A DNA stretch of 64,000 nt from Deltaproteobacteria bacterium (GTDB lineage: Bacteria > Myxococcota_A > Polyangia > Polyangiales > Houyiibacteriaceae), in assembly GCA_034670305.1 (NCBI GenBank), contig JAXMNT010000006.1, positions 160,001 to 224,000 of the forward strand, in the 5' to 3' direction. Positions 49,670-61,306 of this stretch are shown here, one piece after another. The translations under genes were made by a program, and so were the position numbers. The notes beneath the pieces were generated by a model. The model ran no database searches, was not told the DNA's origin, and saw only the letters and a list, made by a program, of their open reading frames with translations. Within the stretch, counting starts at the first letter, position 1; each line of letters opens with the position of its first letter.

Positions 49670-50253
49670 GTCAGCAGCCGCTCCAGGGCCGTCTCGAGAA
49701 CTTCCGTCGCTTCGTCCACCGACAGTCGTTGATTTGTGCGCAGGTTGTCCCAGCCCGACCAGCTTGCGGCTTGATGACACGCGCGGCGGCGCGGCTCGCG
49801 CTTCGACTCTTGCAACCGTTCGAAGTCCTCACGGAACACATAGTCCAGCTGCGCGCGCTTGATTGCACGAAACTTGTCCGCCTGCGCGTGGAGCGTGTGT
49901 TCGTCCTTGGCCAGCAAGAGCGAACGCCGCGTCGGCGAGATGAACTCGTAGAGCGCAGACCGCCGGCCGACGAACACCCGTATCCGCTCGCCGAGCGTCT
50001 TGCAGCCACGGGTGTCGATGGGGAGCAGCGGCGCCACCTCCGCGGCCTGAAGCTCGCTGGCGCGCAAGTGCACCGCTTCCATGTCCTTGAAGTGATGGAA
50101 CACCAGTCTCAGTGAGACGCCCGCCTTCTCCGCGACCTCGGCGGCCGTTGGACGCAGCTCTCCCGCCCGGAGGAGGTCCAGCATCGCTTGCGCGACCGCT
50201 CTGCGCGATCGGTCGGCGCGCAGCGTGCGGCCGTCCTTCTTTCTTGCACCCAT
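49666..50253 (-). CDS. TetR/AcrR family transcriptional regulator
   Basis: HTH PTAAEVAEKAGVSLRLVFHHFKDME. Confidence 0.92.
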   Translation of the reverse strand: MGARKKDGRTLRADRSRRAVAQAMLDLLRAGELRPTAAEVAEKAGVSLRLVFHHFKDMEAVHLRASELQAAEVAPLLPIDTRGCKTLGERIRVFVGRRSALYEFISPTRRSLLLAKDEHTLHAQADKFRAIKRAQLDYVFREDFERLQESKREPRRRACHQAASWSGWDNLRTNQRLSVDEATEVLETALERLLT

Positions 50254-50318
50254 GGGCCCCCGCTCATCGTCGATCACCCCCAATTAGGGTGCGATCAACT
50301 TGTAATTCTCCGCGCTCG

Positions 50319-51098
50319 TCACACCACGGCGGAGTCTTGGAGGGAGCGTAGTGCAGTGGCAGTCGATTCGTCCATGGGATGGTAGGACTCGATGCGGAGT
50401 TCTTGCGCGGAGACGTCGCGGGGTGTGCCAAGTGTGGTGAGTGTGGTGAAAAGTCGCGCTTCGATGCCTGCGCCGCGGAAGTGCAGCGGGACCAAGATCG
50501 TGGGGGCAGGACCTGGGCGTCGCCAAGCTGCGTCCAGCCAGCCCCGGGACTCGAGCCGTTCCAACAATTCGGCGACGACTTGGTCGCGTCTGGCATCTTC
50601 GACGAGCCGCGCGATCACCGCGTGGCCCACCTCGTCCAGGTTCACGACGGTCGAGCGGAGCGCGGCGGGATCGAAGAGCGCTTCCATCGCGTTCATCCCA
50701 GGCGATGGCAGGTGTCCGAGCAAGCGGGTGAAGAGCTGGGCAGCGCCGCCGTTGACTTGTCGCACCCGCCAGCTTCGGTCCACGACGATCGCTGGGAACG
50801 GATCGTGCGCCGCGAGGATCAGATCGATCGCCTGGCGAATCGGCGCCATGGGTTCGGATTCGTACGCAGACTCCGAGTACGCGGCGACGAAGCCCGCGGC
50901 GGCGAGCAGATCGTTGCGTTCGCGCAGCGGCAGCTCGAGCGCGCTGCCGAGCACCAGCACCATCTCCCGCGACGGGTTGGCTTTGTTCCGCTCGAGGCAG
51001 CTGAGATGCCGGGTGGACACCTCCGCATCCATGGCCAAACGCATCTGGCTGTACCCGCGTCGGGTACGCCAATCCCGCAGCAGTTCGCCGAACGACAT
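50319..51098 (-). CDS. XRE-HTH + MmyB-like ligand-binding transcriptional regulator
   Basis: FGELLRDWRTRRGYSQMRLA...STRHLSCLE; ERNDLLAAAGF; TLGTPRDV...ELRIESYHP. Confidence 0.92.
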   Translation of the reverse strand: MSFGELLRDWRTRRGYSQMRLAMDAEVSTRHLSCLERNKANPSREMVLVLGSALELPLRERNDLLAAAGFVAAYSESAYESEPMAPIRQAIDLILAAHDPFPAIVVDRSWRVRQVNGGAAQLFTRLLGHLPSPGMNAMEALFDPAALRSTVVNLDEVGHAVIARLVEDARRDQVVAELLERLESRGWLDAAWRRPGPAPTILVPLHFRGAGIEARLFTTLTTLGTPRDVSAQELRIESYHPMDESTATALRSLQDSAVV

Positions 51099-51131
51099 GG
51101 CCAGAGGGTATCAAGGAGGCGTCGCGAGACC

Positions 51132-51148
51132 ATGACCTCTGGGGTCAT
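51132..51148. promoter_or_regulatory. putative operator palindrome ATGACC-N5-GGTCAT between the divergent regulator and membrane-protein gene
   Basis: Perfect 6-bp arms in an 84-bp divergent intergenic region. Function is inferred. Confidence 0.55.
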
Positions 51149-51182
51149 CGAAGTGCCGTTGGTGCCGCCCCAGGGTTGGATC

Positions 51183-51530
51183 ATGCAAACCTCAACATCC
51201 GCCGCCTCCACCGAGGCTTCTCGCGCTCCCTGGCCCCGCGCTCGGCTCCTCGCCGCCGCGCTGCTGACCGTTTTCACCGCCTACTCGTCCTGGGTCACGG
51301 TCGACCAGGGCTACCTCGCCTTCGTCGACGTCGCGCTGGCCGGCGGCTGGAGCACCCAGGTCTTCGCCGACCTCGGCGTCGCCCTCCTCCTCGTCACGTC
51401 GTGGCTGATTCGAGACGCCCGCACCCGCCAGACCCCCGCTTGGCCATGGCTGCTCGGCACCCTCGCCCTCGGCAGCATCTCCCCACTCCTCTACCTCGTC
51501 GTGCGCCCCGGAACGGATCCGAACGTGTAG
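51183..51530 (+). CDS. small 3-TM membrane protein (DUF2834-like)
   Basis: QVFADLGVALLL...W...DAR...TLALGSISPLLYLV pattern. Confidence 0.8.
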   Translation: MQTSTSAASTEASRAPWPRARLLAAALLTVFTAYSSWVTVDQGYLAFVDVALAGGWSTQVFADLGVALLLVTSWLIRDARTRQTPAWPWLLGTLALGSISPLLYLVVRPGTDPNV

Positions 51531-51599
51531 ATCGGCTCTGGCTTCGTGACCGAGTCCAGGCCCGCGGCAGCGTCGATGTGCTCTATGATGGCAGCGTAG

Positions 51600-53978
51600 G
51601 TGTACTCCTTCCGCTCCGACCCACCGCCCGAACCCTGGATCGATCAACCGACCGAGGCGTGGGCGAAGCGCGTCCTCGAGCATGCACCGCTGGTGTGTTT
51701 GTGGGGTCCTCCACATGCGGGCAAGACCGCGCTCGGGCTGCGCCTCGCGAGCGACAACGAACGCACGTTGACGCTGCGCGTGTCGTTGCGGGCGCCCGAC
51801 GTGGGCCTGGCCGTGTTGCTCGCCTTGGCCCGCGCGCGTGAGGTCACCCAGGTCGCTTGGAGCGATCTGAACGGCGACGCGCTCATCGCCTCGGTGCTCG
51901 ACCTCGCCGAAGAAGGCGACGCGTTCGTCATCCTGGACGAGGCCGACCACGGCGACCCAGCTCAGGTACATGAGATGCTCACGGCGGTGAACGCCTATGC
52001 CCGTCGATCTCGATGGGTGGCCATCAGCCGGAGTGCTTCGACCTTCCCGTCGATTCCCACTCAGACCGCATGCATCACCTTCCCGAGTGGTCGCCCCATC
52101 CCGAAGGTGCCGAACCCGCCGTCGGACGAAGCACAGCAGCGGGCGCTCGCGGAGATCTCGATCTTTCCGACGCCGATCCCCCGCGGGTGGATGGAAGACG
52201 CGGGACACGAGCCGACCACGCTCGACACGATGATCTCGGACGGACTCCTCCGCGCGGAGCCTTCTGGCATCAGCGCGGCGTTGCCCAGCGTGCCGCCCCC
52301 TCCCGAGCGTCGCGACTCGTGGGTGCGACGGCTCCTGCGAGAAGGCGGGGACCCCGAGGTCGCCCTGGAGATCGCGCTCGGCGGAACCTCGGCGGAGATC
52401 GTGGAGCAGGTGCTCCGTTCGAGCGGCCGGACGCTGATGCGCTCGGGTGGTCTCGCACGCTGTTGGCCGTGGCTGGCGTCTCGGTCGGAACGGATCCTGT
52501 GGCGCTGGGTGGCGCACGGGGCGGTGGCGGTCGGGGATCGACTCACGCTGGCGCGCCTCTCCGAACCCGAGGCGCCGACGCCGGAAGAGGCGCTGGCGTG
52601 GGTGCGGGTGTTGCGCGCGCGCGGCGACCTCGAAGAGGCTGTGCGACGGGTGGTCGTGCTTCGGCAGATCGTGGATGAGACGGGCACAGAGACAGCAACC
52701 GACGCGGGGGCCGAGCGGTTTGCGGAGCTGGCGTTCGAGGCGTGTATGGAGCAGGCGCGCGCGCTGCTCGGTCTCGGCCGGTTGGTCGAGGCGTTTGCGG
52801 TCATCGAAGCCGCGCGTCCGCAGGGCGCCGACGAACGTCTGCGACGCGAAGGTCTGCGCATGCTCATCGCGCAGGGAATGGACGAGAGCGCGCCCATCGA
52901 TTCCGCGGCGTTGCGAGACGTCGCCCGCCGAGCCCTGCAGGAAGAGGGCGGACTCCGCTACCCGGACGTGTTGCTCGACCTCGCGTTCGCCGCCTACGGG
53001 GCGGGCGAGCTCGATGTGACGCGCCGATTGGCCGACCGGCTCACGGGCGGGGAAGACGGATGGTCCGCGGGGTTGTTCGGGGCGCGCCGCGCGCTGATGC
53101 TTCGGGCGGGACTGGCGGTGCTCGAAGGCGACTTCGGCTTGGCGGAGACCCTTCTCTCCAAGCTCGCGCCGCATGGCGAACCAGGAGACGCGGTCGATGT
53201 CTGGCGGCGGTTGGCCAGATGTCTGCTCCGCACGATGTCGGGCCGGTTGCGGGGCGTCGGCGCCGAGCTCGCGCACGTGCTCGCGGACGCCCGTCGGCTG
53301 GCTGCACCAGAGACCTCTGCGTTGGCTGGCGCGGTCGAAGCTCGATGGCGGGTGGTGAATGGCGATCCCACCCCGCCGCTGAATCCGTACCCGCACGAAC
53401 AACGCGCGCGTCCGGACCTGCGGCGTTTCCTGCGATTCGAACGCGCGTATTTGGACGTTCGCCACGGACGCCCGGTGGCGCTGGAGGACGTGACGGTCGA
53501 GGCGCTTGGCCACCCAGGTCTGCGCGCACAGGCCGAGATGATCCGCGCGATTCGGGCGGTGCTCGGCGGGCGGTTCGACGGCGCGATGGCCCACGCCCGA
53601 GCAGGCGTCGCCGTGGCCGCCGATTCGGGCCACTGGGTTCGCCTCGGCGAGTGCCTGCACACCCAGTGTGAGGTGCTGGTGATCGCCCGCGCCTTCGGGG
53701 AACTCTCCGACGCGGCCAGCGGGCTGCGCGCGCTTGGCGCCCGACTCGATGCCGATCGGGTGGGCAACCTCGCGTCGTTCTTCGAGGCGGTTGCACGGAA
53801 CGAAGTGACGCTCGATCGGCTCGAAGCCTGGGCTGCCCGCGACGATGTGGTACCGACCCTGGCGCGCCGTGCCCGCGCACTGCTCGATCAGCACGCGCCC
53901 CTGGACGCCGTGGACCAAGCGCTCGTGGCGGTCGTGCGCGAGCGCATGGGCGCCGCCCAGGACGCCGACGACTCCTGA
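51600..53978 (+). CDS. P-loop NTPase fused to TPR-like helical repeats (MalT/STAND-like, no evident C-terminal HTH)
   Basis: Walker A GPPHAGKT, Walker B FVILDEAD, then A/L/R-rich helical repeats. Confidence 0.7.
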   Translation: MYSFRSDPPPEPWIDQPTEAWAKRVLEHAPLVCLWGPPHAGKTALGLRLASDNERTLTLRVSLRAPDVGLAVLLALARAREVTQVAWSDLNGDALIASVLDLAEEGDAFVILDEADHGDPAQVHEMLTAVNAYARRSRWVAISRSASTFPSIPTQTACITFPSGRPIPKVPNPPSDEAQQRALAEISIFPTPIPRGWMEDAGHEPTTLDTMISDGLLRAEPSGISAALPSVPPPPERRDSWVRRLLREGGDPEVALEIALGGTSAEIVEQVLRSSGRTLMRSGGLARCWPWLASRSERILWRWVAHGAVAVGDRLTLARLSEPEAPTPEEALAWVRVLRARGDLEEAVRRVVVLRQIVDETGTETATDAGAERFAELAFEACMEQARALLGLGRLVEAFAVIEAARPQGADERLRREGLRMLIAQGMDESAPIDSAALRDVARRALQEEGGLRYPDVLLDLAFAAYGAGELDVTRRLADRLTGGEDGWSAGLFGARRALMLRAGLAVLEGDFGLAETLLSKLAPHGEPGDAVDVWRRLARCLLRTMSGRLRGVGAELAHVLADARRLAAPETSALAGAVEARWRVVNGDPTPPLNPYPHEQRARPDLRRFLRFERAYLDVRHGRPVALEDVTVEALGHPGLRAQAEMIRAIRAVLGGRFDGAMAHARAGVAVAADSGHWVRLGECLHTQCEVLVIARAFGELSDAASGLRALGARLDADRVGNLASFFEAVARNEVTLDRLEAWAARDDVVPTLARRARALLDQHAPLDAVDQALVAVVRERMGAAQDADDS

Positions 53979-53986
53979 GCGCAGAC

Positions 53987-54946
53987 TCAGCGTTCCGCAG
54001 AAGCGCGCTGCAAGCGGTCGCGGATCGCGGGTCCGAGGCCGGTCTCGTCCGGACACGTTTCCGCGAGGATCCAAGCGACGTCGGTCCGCCCGTCCAGGCG
54101 TCGCAGCGTGGCGAAGAGCCGGCGCGCTGCGGTGGCCGCGGTTCCGTCTGGGGTCAGCACCTCGGCGTGCGCGACTTCGACCCCAGCGGGTGGCGCGGCG
54201 CCCGCGTACGAGAGCCACGCGGCGGGGCCTGTGGGCCAGTGCTTGGCGTCGTCGCCGGAGAGGCGCAGGGTCTTTCGCGGCGCGTAGTGGCTCGCCAACA
54301 TGCCCGGCGCGGTGACCTTGGCGCTCGCCGCATGCAACGCGGTGCCCAGAGTTCGCTCGAGATCTTCGCGGGGGAGGGCGCCCGGTCGCAGGAGACGCGC
54401 GGTGCCGTCGGACTCCACCCCCACGATCGTGGACTCCACGCCGTGGGTGCACGGTCCGCCATCGAGCACGAGCAGGTCGTCTCCGAGTTCTTCCCGAACC
54501 GCGTCCGCGGTGGTCGGGCTGATGTGCCCGAACCGGTTCGCGCTCGGGGCCACGAGAGGGGCGCCGAACGTCTCGAGGAGCGCACGGGCCACCGGGTGTG
54601 AGGGGGAGCGCACCGCCACGGTGTCGAGCCCGCTCGTGGCTTCGTCCGGAACGTCCGCGTGCTTCGGCAACACGAGCGTCAATGGACCGGGCCAGTACGC
54701 CATGAGTGCCTCGGCAACCTGCGTCGCGCGGGTACCCAACCGCCCAAGGTCCACCACGTGTTCGATCTCCGCCAGCGTCGTACCGAGCACGTGCGCGATC
54801 AGCGGGTCGAAGTGTGGCCGGCCCTTGGCGGTGAACACCCGAAGGATCGCCTGCGGGTCGAACGCGTGCGCCGCGAGGCCATACACCGTCTCGGTGGGCA
54901 TGCCGACGAGGCCGCCTTCGCGCAGCACTTCGGCCGCGGCGCGCAT
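53987..54946 (-). CDS. sua5: L-threonylcarbamoyladenylate synthase (Sua5 type, with C-terminal SUA5 domain)
   Basis: PTETVYGLAA, KGRP, WPGPLT, APSAN, ESTIV, PGMLASHYAP. Confidence 0.95.
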   Translation of the reverse strand: MRAAAEVLREGGLVGMPTETVYGLAAHAFDPQAILRVFTAKGRPHFDPLIAHVLGTTLAEIEHVVDLGRLGTRATQVAEALMAYWPGPLTLVLPKHADVPDEATSGLDTVAVRSPSHPVARALLETFGAPLVAPSANRFGHISPTTADAVREELGDDLLVLDGGPCTHGVESTIVGVESDGTARLLRPGALPREDLERTLGTALHAASAKVTAPGMLASHYAPRKTLRLSGDDAKHWPTGPAAWLSYAGAAPPAGVEVAHAEVLTPDGTAATAARRLFATLRRLDGRTDVAWILAETCPDETGLGPAIRDRLQRASAER

Positions 54947-54957
54947 GTGGGCTGGCT

Positions 54958-56579
<1,622 letters not shown>

Positions 56580-56589
<10 letters not shown>

Positions 56590-58004
56590 TCGACCGCTTC
56601 CTCTGGCTCCGGCGTATACACCTTCTCGAACCCGCGTTCCCGCAGCTCGGCTGCGAGGACATCTTGGGGTTTCGGATCTCCGTGCACCAGCGCCACCCAT
56701 TGCAGGTCGCCCCGGTCCCGCACCTCGGTTGCGAAATCCAACAGGTCCGACTGGTCGCCGTGGGCGGAGAAGCCGTTGAGCACGCGCACGTCGCACCGGC
56801 GCTCTTTCTCCACGCCGAAGATCTTCACCCGGGTCCGGCGTTCAACCAGCCGGCGGCCGAGCGTGTGCTGCGCTTGGTAGCCGACGATCAGCACGGTGTC
56901 TTCGCGCCGGCCGACCGTGGCCCGCAGGTGGTGGAGCACCCGCCCGCTCTCGCACATGCCGCTCGCGGAGATCACCACGGCCGGGTCGGACGATGCGGTC
57001 AGGTGTTTGCTGTCGTCGACCGACGAGATGTAGTGGAGCCCCTCGAACTCGAACGGTGAGTCGCCGGTCGCCAGCAGCTCGTGGGTCTGCTCGTCGTAGC
57101 ACTCGGGGTGCATCTTGAAGACCTCGGTCAGGCGCACGGTCAGCGGAGAGTCGACGTAGACGGGCATGTCCGGGAGGCGGCCGGCGGTCTTGAGCTGCTT
57201 GAGTGCGAAGATGACTTCCTGCGCCCGTTCGAGCGCAAACGAAGGAATGATGACCTTGCCGCCGCGGTCGTAGGTGCGCTGGACGATCTCTGCGAGGTCG
57301 TCGCCCATGCGGTCGATCGGATCGTGCAGCCGGTCCCCGTAGGTGCTCTCGCTGATGAGGGCACAGGCGCCGGAGGGCACCTCCGGGTCGCGCAAGATGG
57401 GCATGTTCCGGCGCCCGAGATCCCCGGTGAACACCAGGCGCCGCTGCGCACCGTCGATGTCCACGTCGAGCACGACCACCGCACTCCCGAGCACGTGACC
57501 GGCGTCGAGAAACGTGACCCGCACGCCTTGGGCGATCTCGCTCGTCTGTGCGTACGGCACGCCGGTCATGCGCTTCATGACGCCGATGACGTCTTTCGCA
57601 TCGTAGAGCGGTTCGACCGTGGGGTCGTCGTAGTCGACGTCCATGTCCTGCCGCTGCTTCTCCAGAAAACGCGCGTCGTGTTTCTGAATCATCGCGGCGT
57701 CTTCGAGCATGGCCGCGCAGAGATCGCGGCTGGCCGGCGTCGTGAAGATGCGCCCTTGAAATCCGTTCTTCTGCAGGATCGGCAGGGCCCCAGAGTGGTC
57801 GATGTGTGCATGCGAGAGCACGCAGACGTCGATGTCTCGGGCGCGGAACGGGAGGTCCTTGTTGCGCTGGTAGGACTCGCGGCGACGCCCTTGATAGAGC
57901 CCGCAGTCGAGGAGCACGCGGGCATGGGGGGTCTCGACGATGTGCATCGAGCCAGTGACGGTTCGGGCTGCGCCCATGAACCGCACGTGCAGTGGCTTCA
58001 CCAT
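56580..58004 (-). CDS. metallo-beta-lactamase / beta-CASP ribonuclease
   Basis: LSHAHIDHSG, AGHVLGS, FTGDLG, ESTYGDR, SASGM, GFSAHGD, VHG. Confidence 0.93.
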
Positions 58005-59431
58005 TCCCGGAGTTTGCCCGGAAGCTGCCTCTCTTGCATGCCGGTGCGGCGCCGGATCGGAATCAGCGTCACCGAGATGCGTTGATCCCGGTCGGTTCTC
58101 ACCTGGCTCTGGTGGGTGCGGTGGCGCGGCGCGCGCACTTCGAGTTCGTGGATCTCACCGTCGGCGGGGACGAGGAGTGGCGACTCGGCCGGAACTCCGT
58201 CCCACAGGATGATCGCGTCGATGGGCGTCCGGTCCACTTCGATTTCCACGTCGCCAAGCGTTGCCGGTTCGATCGGCTCGACGTCCAGGTCGGGGGCCGC
58301 TGGGGCTTCGCGGGCGGGCTCGACCGCGGCGGCTTCGCGAGGAAGCGGCTGGAACACCGGTGTGGGATCGGCCGTGGGCCACAGCGCCCAAGCGAGCACC
58401 CCGACGGCCAGCGCCACGCCGACGAGGAGCGCAACCAGACCGGACCGTCCCCGTGGCAACACCAAGGTCCCGCCTTGGCGTTGCAGCTGTTTTCGCCGCC
58501 CGTCGGTGGAGTGGCGGCCGGTCGGGGCCGCATCCCCGAAGGTCGCCGCCCGCAAGACGAAGGCGACCTGTTCGGCAGAGAACGGCCGCGCCGAGGGCTC
58601 CTTCTCGAGCAGCTTGCGGGTCAACGTCTCGAGTTCGAGCGGGATGTTGGCGTCGGGCGCCATGTCCTGCATCGGGGGCACCGGGGCGCGCAAGTGGAGT
58701 GCAGCCATCGCCACCGGCTCTGGATCGTGGAACGGGAGGTGACCGGTCAGCATGCGGAACAGGATCACGCCGAGCTGGTAGAGGTCGGACGCTGGGCCGA
58801 CGTCCGAGCGTCGCACGCCCTCCGGACTGATGTAGGCGGGCGTGCCGATGATCGTTCCGGTGTCGGTGACCGTGATCTCTCGTTTCTCGTGCGGCCGCTC
58901 GTCGTGCAAGAGCCTCGCGATGCCGAAGTCCAGGACCTTGAGCCCACCTTCTTCGAGCAGGAAGACGTTGTCCGGCTTCAGATCCCGGTGCACCACTCCG
59001 GCGTCGTGGGCGGCTTGCAAAGCCTCTGCGATCTGCAGCGCGATGTGTGCTGCTTCGTCCGGTGAGAGTCGGGTGTCGATTTCCAACCGATCACCCAGGC
59101 TGACCCCGACGAGCTGCTCCATGACCATGTAGAGGCCATGCACCTCGTCGGTGCCGAAGTCGTGCACCGCGACCACGTGTCGAGAGGAGACGGAACTCGC
59201 CGCGCGGGCTTCGCGCTCGAATCGAAGCCGGGTCTTCGGATCGATCTTGTGCAGCACTTTGACCGCCACGCGCCGACCGATGACGGTGTCGGTGGCCGCG
59301 TAAACGACCCCCATGCCGCCGCTGCCGAGTGGGCTCTCGATTCGGAACCGTCCCCCCAGCACCGCGCCGCTCGGTACCATCCCATCGCCCGACGCGGACG
59401 CGCTCTGTTCCAGAGCGGTTGAGGCGCTCAT
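57998..59431 (-). CDS. membrane Ser/Thr protein kinase with C-terminal PEGA-like domain
   Basis: GSGGMGVVY, VAVK, HRDLKPDN, DFG, GTPAYISPE, one TM. Confidence 0.95.
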   Translation of the reverse strand: MSASTALEQSASASGDGMVPSGAVLGGRFRIESPLGSGGMGVVYAATDTVIGRRVAVKVLHKIDPKTRLRFEREARAASSVSSRHVVAVHDFGTDEVHGLYMVMEQLVGVSLGDRLEIDTRLSPDEAAHIALQIAEALQAAHDAGVVHRDLKPDNVFLLEEGGLKVLDFGIARLLHDERPHEKREITVTDTGTIIGTPAYISPEGVRRSDVGPASDLYQLGVILFRMLTGHLPFHDPEPVAMAALHLRAPVPPMQDMAPDANIPLELETLTRKLLEKEPSARPFSAEQVAFVLRAATFGDAAPTGRHSTDGRRKQLQRQGGTLVLPRGRSGLVALLVGVALAVGVLAWALWPTADPTPVFQPLPREAAAVEPAREAPAAPDLDVEPIEPATLGDVEIEVDRTPIDAIILWDGVPAESPLLVPADGEIHELEVRAPRHRTHQSQVRTDRDQRISVTLIPIRRRTGMQERQLPGKLREW

Positions 59432-59456
59432 GTGGGTCGTCGGCGCGGAGCGTTCA

Positions 59457-60476
59457 TCACTCCAACACCAGCCCCTGTGAACCGTTGGCGGGTCGAAGCA
59501 CGACCCCCGTCGTTCCGCCGCTGGGGGCACGCTCGCGGCCGGAGAGCCCGAAGCCCAATCCGATCGCACCAGCGACGACTGCCAGACCGACCCCGACCCA
59601 GAGCACCGGACGGCGTCGCAGCGGGGTGGGCGGATCGGGCAAACGTTGGAGGTGGGCGTCGACGAGCAGCCGCTGGCCCTCTTCGAGCGTGACCTCCCGT
59701 TCGAACGGGAGGAGCCCTGGATGCTCCACCACGACCCGATGCGTGCCGGGGGCCACTTCGAGTTCGCCGCTCACTTCGGTCCCATCCACGCGCACGATGG
59801 CGTCGCCATCCACGCCAGCTGGAGGTCGGACCGCGACCGCGAGATGGGAAGGTCGCCGGATCACTTCGAGTTCGATGGCCCTCCGGATGTCCGCGCCTTC
59901 GTGCAGCGAGATCTCCTGCAGCGCGGCCGCGTGCCCCTCCGCCGTGACCCGAACGACATGCGTGCCTGGGTTGAGCCGGAGCTCGCGAACGGCGCCCCCG
60001 GTCAGGGCCGCTCCATCGACCTGTACGTTGGCGTTCACTGGGGACAACTCAAGGGTGAGCTGTGCGACCGTCGAGCGTGCGTGCCCGATCATTTGCTGGG
60101 CTTCGACCAGGCTCTCTGCGTCCGCGACTGGGTCGGCCTCCGAGACGAAACGTTCGAGTTCCCCAAGCGCCTCCACGTAGTGGGCGAGGGCATAGTAGCA
60201 AAGCGCGAGGTTGAACCGGGTCGACGCACGCGGCACCGCGGCGAGGGAACGTTCGAACGCATCGGCTGCCTCGCCGAAGCGGCGCATGGTGGCGAGCTCG
60301 CGTCCGCGCTCGAAGTGCAGGCGTGCTTCGCGAACGACCGGGTCCTCTTGTTCCGCCTCTGTGACGCCATCCGGCTGCGCCCGCGCGTTGGCGCTGGTGG
60401 CGAGCAGGCTGAGTCCCAGGACAAGTGCTGCCAAACCGTCTCGTACCGTGGGGTTTTGTCGAGCGTGATTCATCAT
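59457..60476 (-). CDS. secreted TPR + PEGA domain protein with C-terminal membrane segment
   Basis: Signal peptide ending ARA-Q; TPR helices (EAADAFERS, FNLALCY); two PEGA-like units (VDG...PGTH); WVGVGLAVVAG. Confidence 0.88.
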   Translation of the reverse strand: MMNHARQNPTVRDGLAALVLGLSLLATSANARAQPDGVTEAEQEDPVVREARLHFERGRELATMRRFGEAADAFERSLAAVPRASTRFNLALCYYALAHYVEALGELERFVSEADPVADAESLVEAQQMIGHARSTVAQLTLELSPVNANVQVDGAALTGGAVRELRLNPGTHVVRVTAEGHAAALQEISLHEGADIRRAIELEVIRRPSHLAVAVRPPAGVDGDAIVRVDGTEVSGELEVAPGTHRVVVEHPGLLPFEREVTLEEGQRLLVDAHLQRLPDPPTPLRRRPVLWVGVGLAVVAGAIGLGFGLSGRERAPSGGTTGVVLRPANGSQGLVLE

Positions 60477-61192
60477 CCGGCTCCACACACCCCATCGGCG
60501 GAGCACACGCGTCCGCTCGCAGGATCGCATTCTGTGCCTTGGGGCTCGAAGCCGGTTTCGGTGCACTCGCCCGCAGCGCACATGCCCGTTCGACAGGGCG
60601 CGGGGGTGCAGGCTTCGCCATCGGGGCACGTCGTCCCGTCCACCCCGCCGTCCACTGGGCCGGAGTCGGCGGTGCCCGCGTCTGGCGCCATGCGCGGCCC
60701 GTCCACGAGGGACATCAGCGGGGCGCCGGGATCGCCGTGCGGCAACGTCGCCGGATCGACCTGAGCCGACACGCACATGCCCTCCACGCAGGTGTCGTCC
60801 GCGTCGCCGCACTCTTCGCCTGCTCGGGCGCAGGCGCGAGAGAGGAGCATGTCCAGTCGACGGGTCTGCCCAGGCAAGAAGTGGGTCATGGCCGTTCGGG
60901 TCACAACCGCTCGGCTCGTGGCCTCTCCTTCGTCGGTCCAGAGACTCACCACCACCCGCACGGGCGCGTCTCTGTCGGGACTCGTGGCGCTCACGCCCAG
61001 CGAGAACGGCAGCTCGACTTCGCCCGCGCCAAAACGTTGTTCCGCGCTGCCGATGCCAGCGCTGGAAGCGCTGACGAGGATGGAGTCGTACTCGACCCCG
61101 GCCTCGAGATTGGTGTCGACCACGACCAGCAGTTGGGTGGGGTCGGCGGCGCACCCCACGCATGCCACCAGTGTGAGGAGGAGAGTCCGCAC
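60473..61192 (-). CDS. Cys-rich lipoprotein, hypothetical
   Basis: Short signal with CVGC; TQLLVVVDTNL...LPFSLGV domain; Cys-rich tail. Stop overlaps the next ATG. Confidence 0.82.
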   Translation of the reverse strand: MRTLLLTLVACVGCAADPTQLLVVVDTNLEAGVEYDSILVSASSAGIGSAEQRFGAGEVELPFSLGVSATSPDRDAPVRVVVSLWTDEGEATSRAVVTRTAMTHFLPGQTRRLDMLLSRACARAGEECGDADDTCVEGMCVSAQVDPATLPHGDPGAPLMSLVDGPRMAPDAGTADSGPVDGGVDGTTCPDGEACTPAPCRTGMCAAGECTETGFEPQGTECDPASGRVCSADGVCGAG

Positions 61193-61306
61193 CGCGGGAG
61201 CATACCACCAAATTCTGATGGTGGCGGATGAGCGAGGTGCGTTTGTCGAAGGTTTGGACGAATGGTCGAGATGGACGCCGGGCGGCTGCGAGGCTACATG
61301 CCCGTC

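Noticed and set aside
50282-50307. AT-rich imperfect palindrome AATTA...TAATT upstream of the TetR gene
   Set aside because: A plausible operator, but the inner symmetry is too weak to call.
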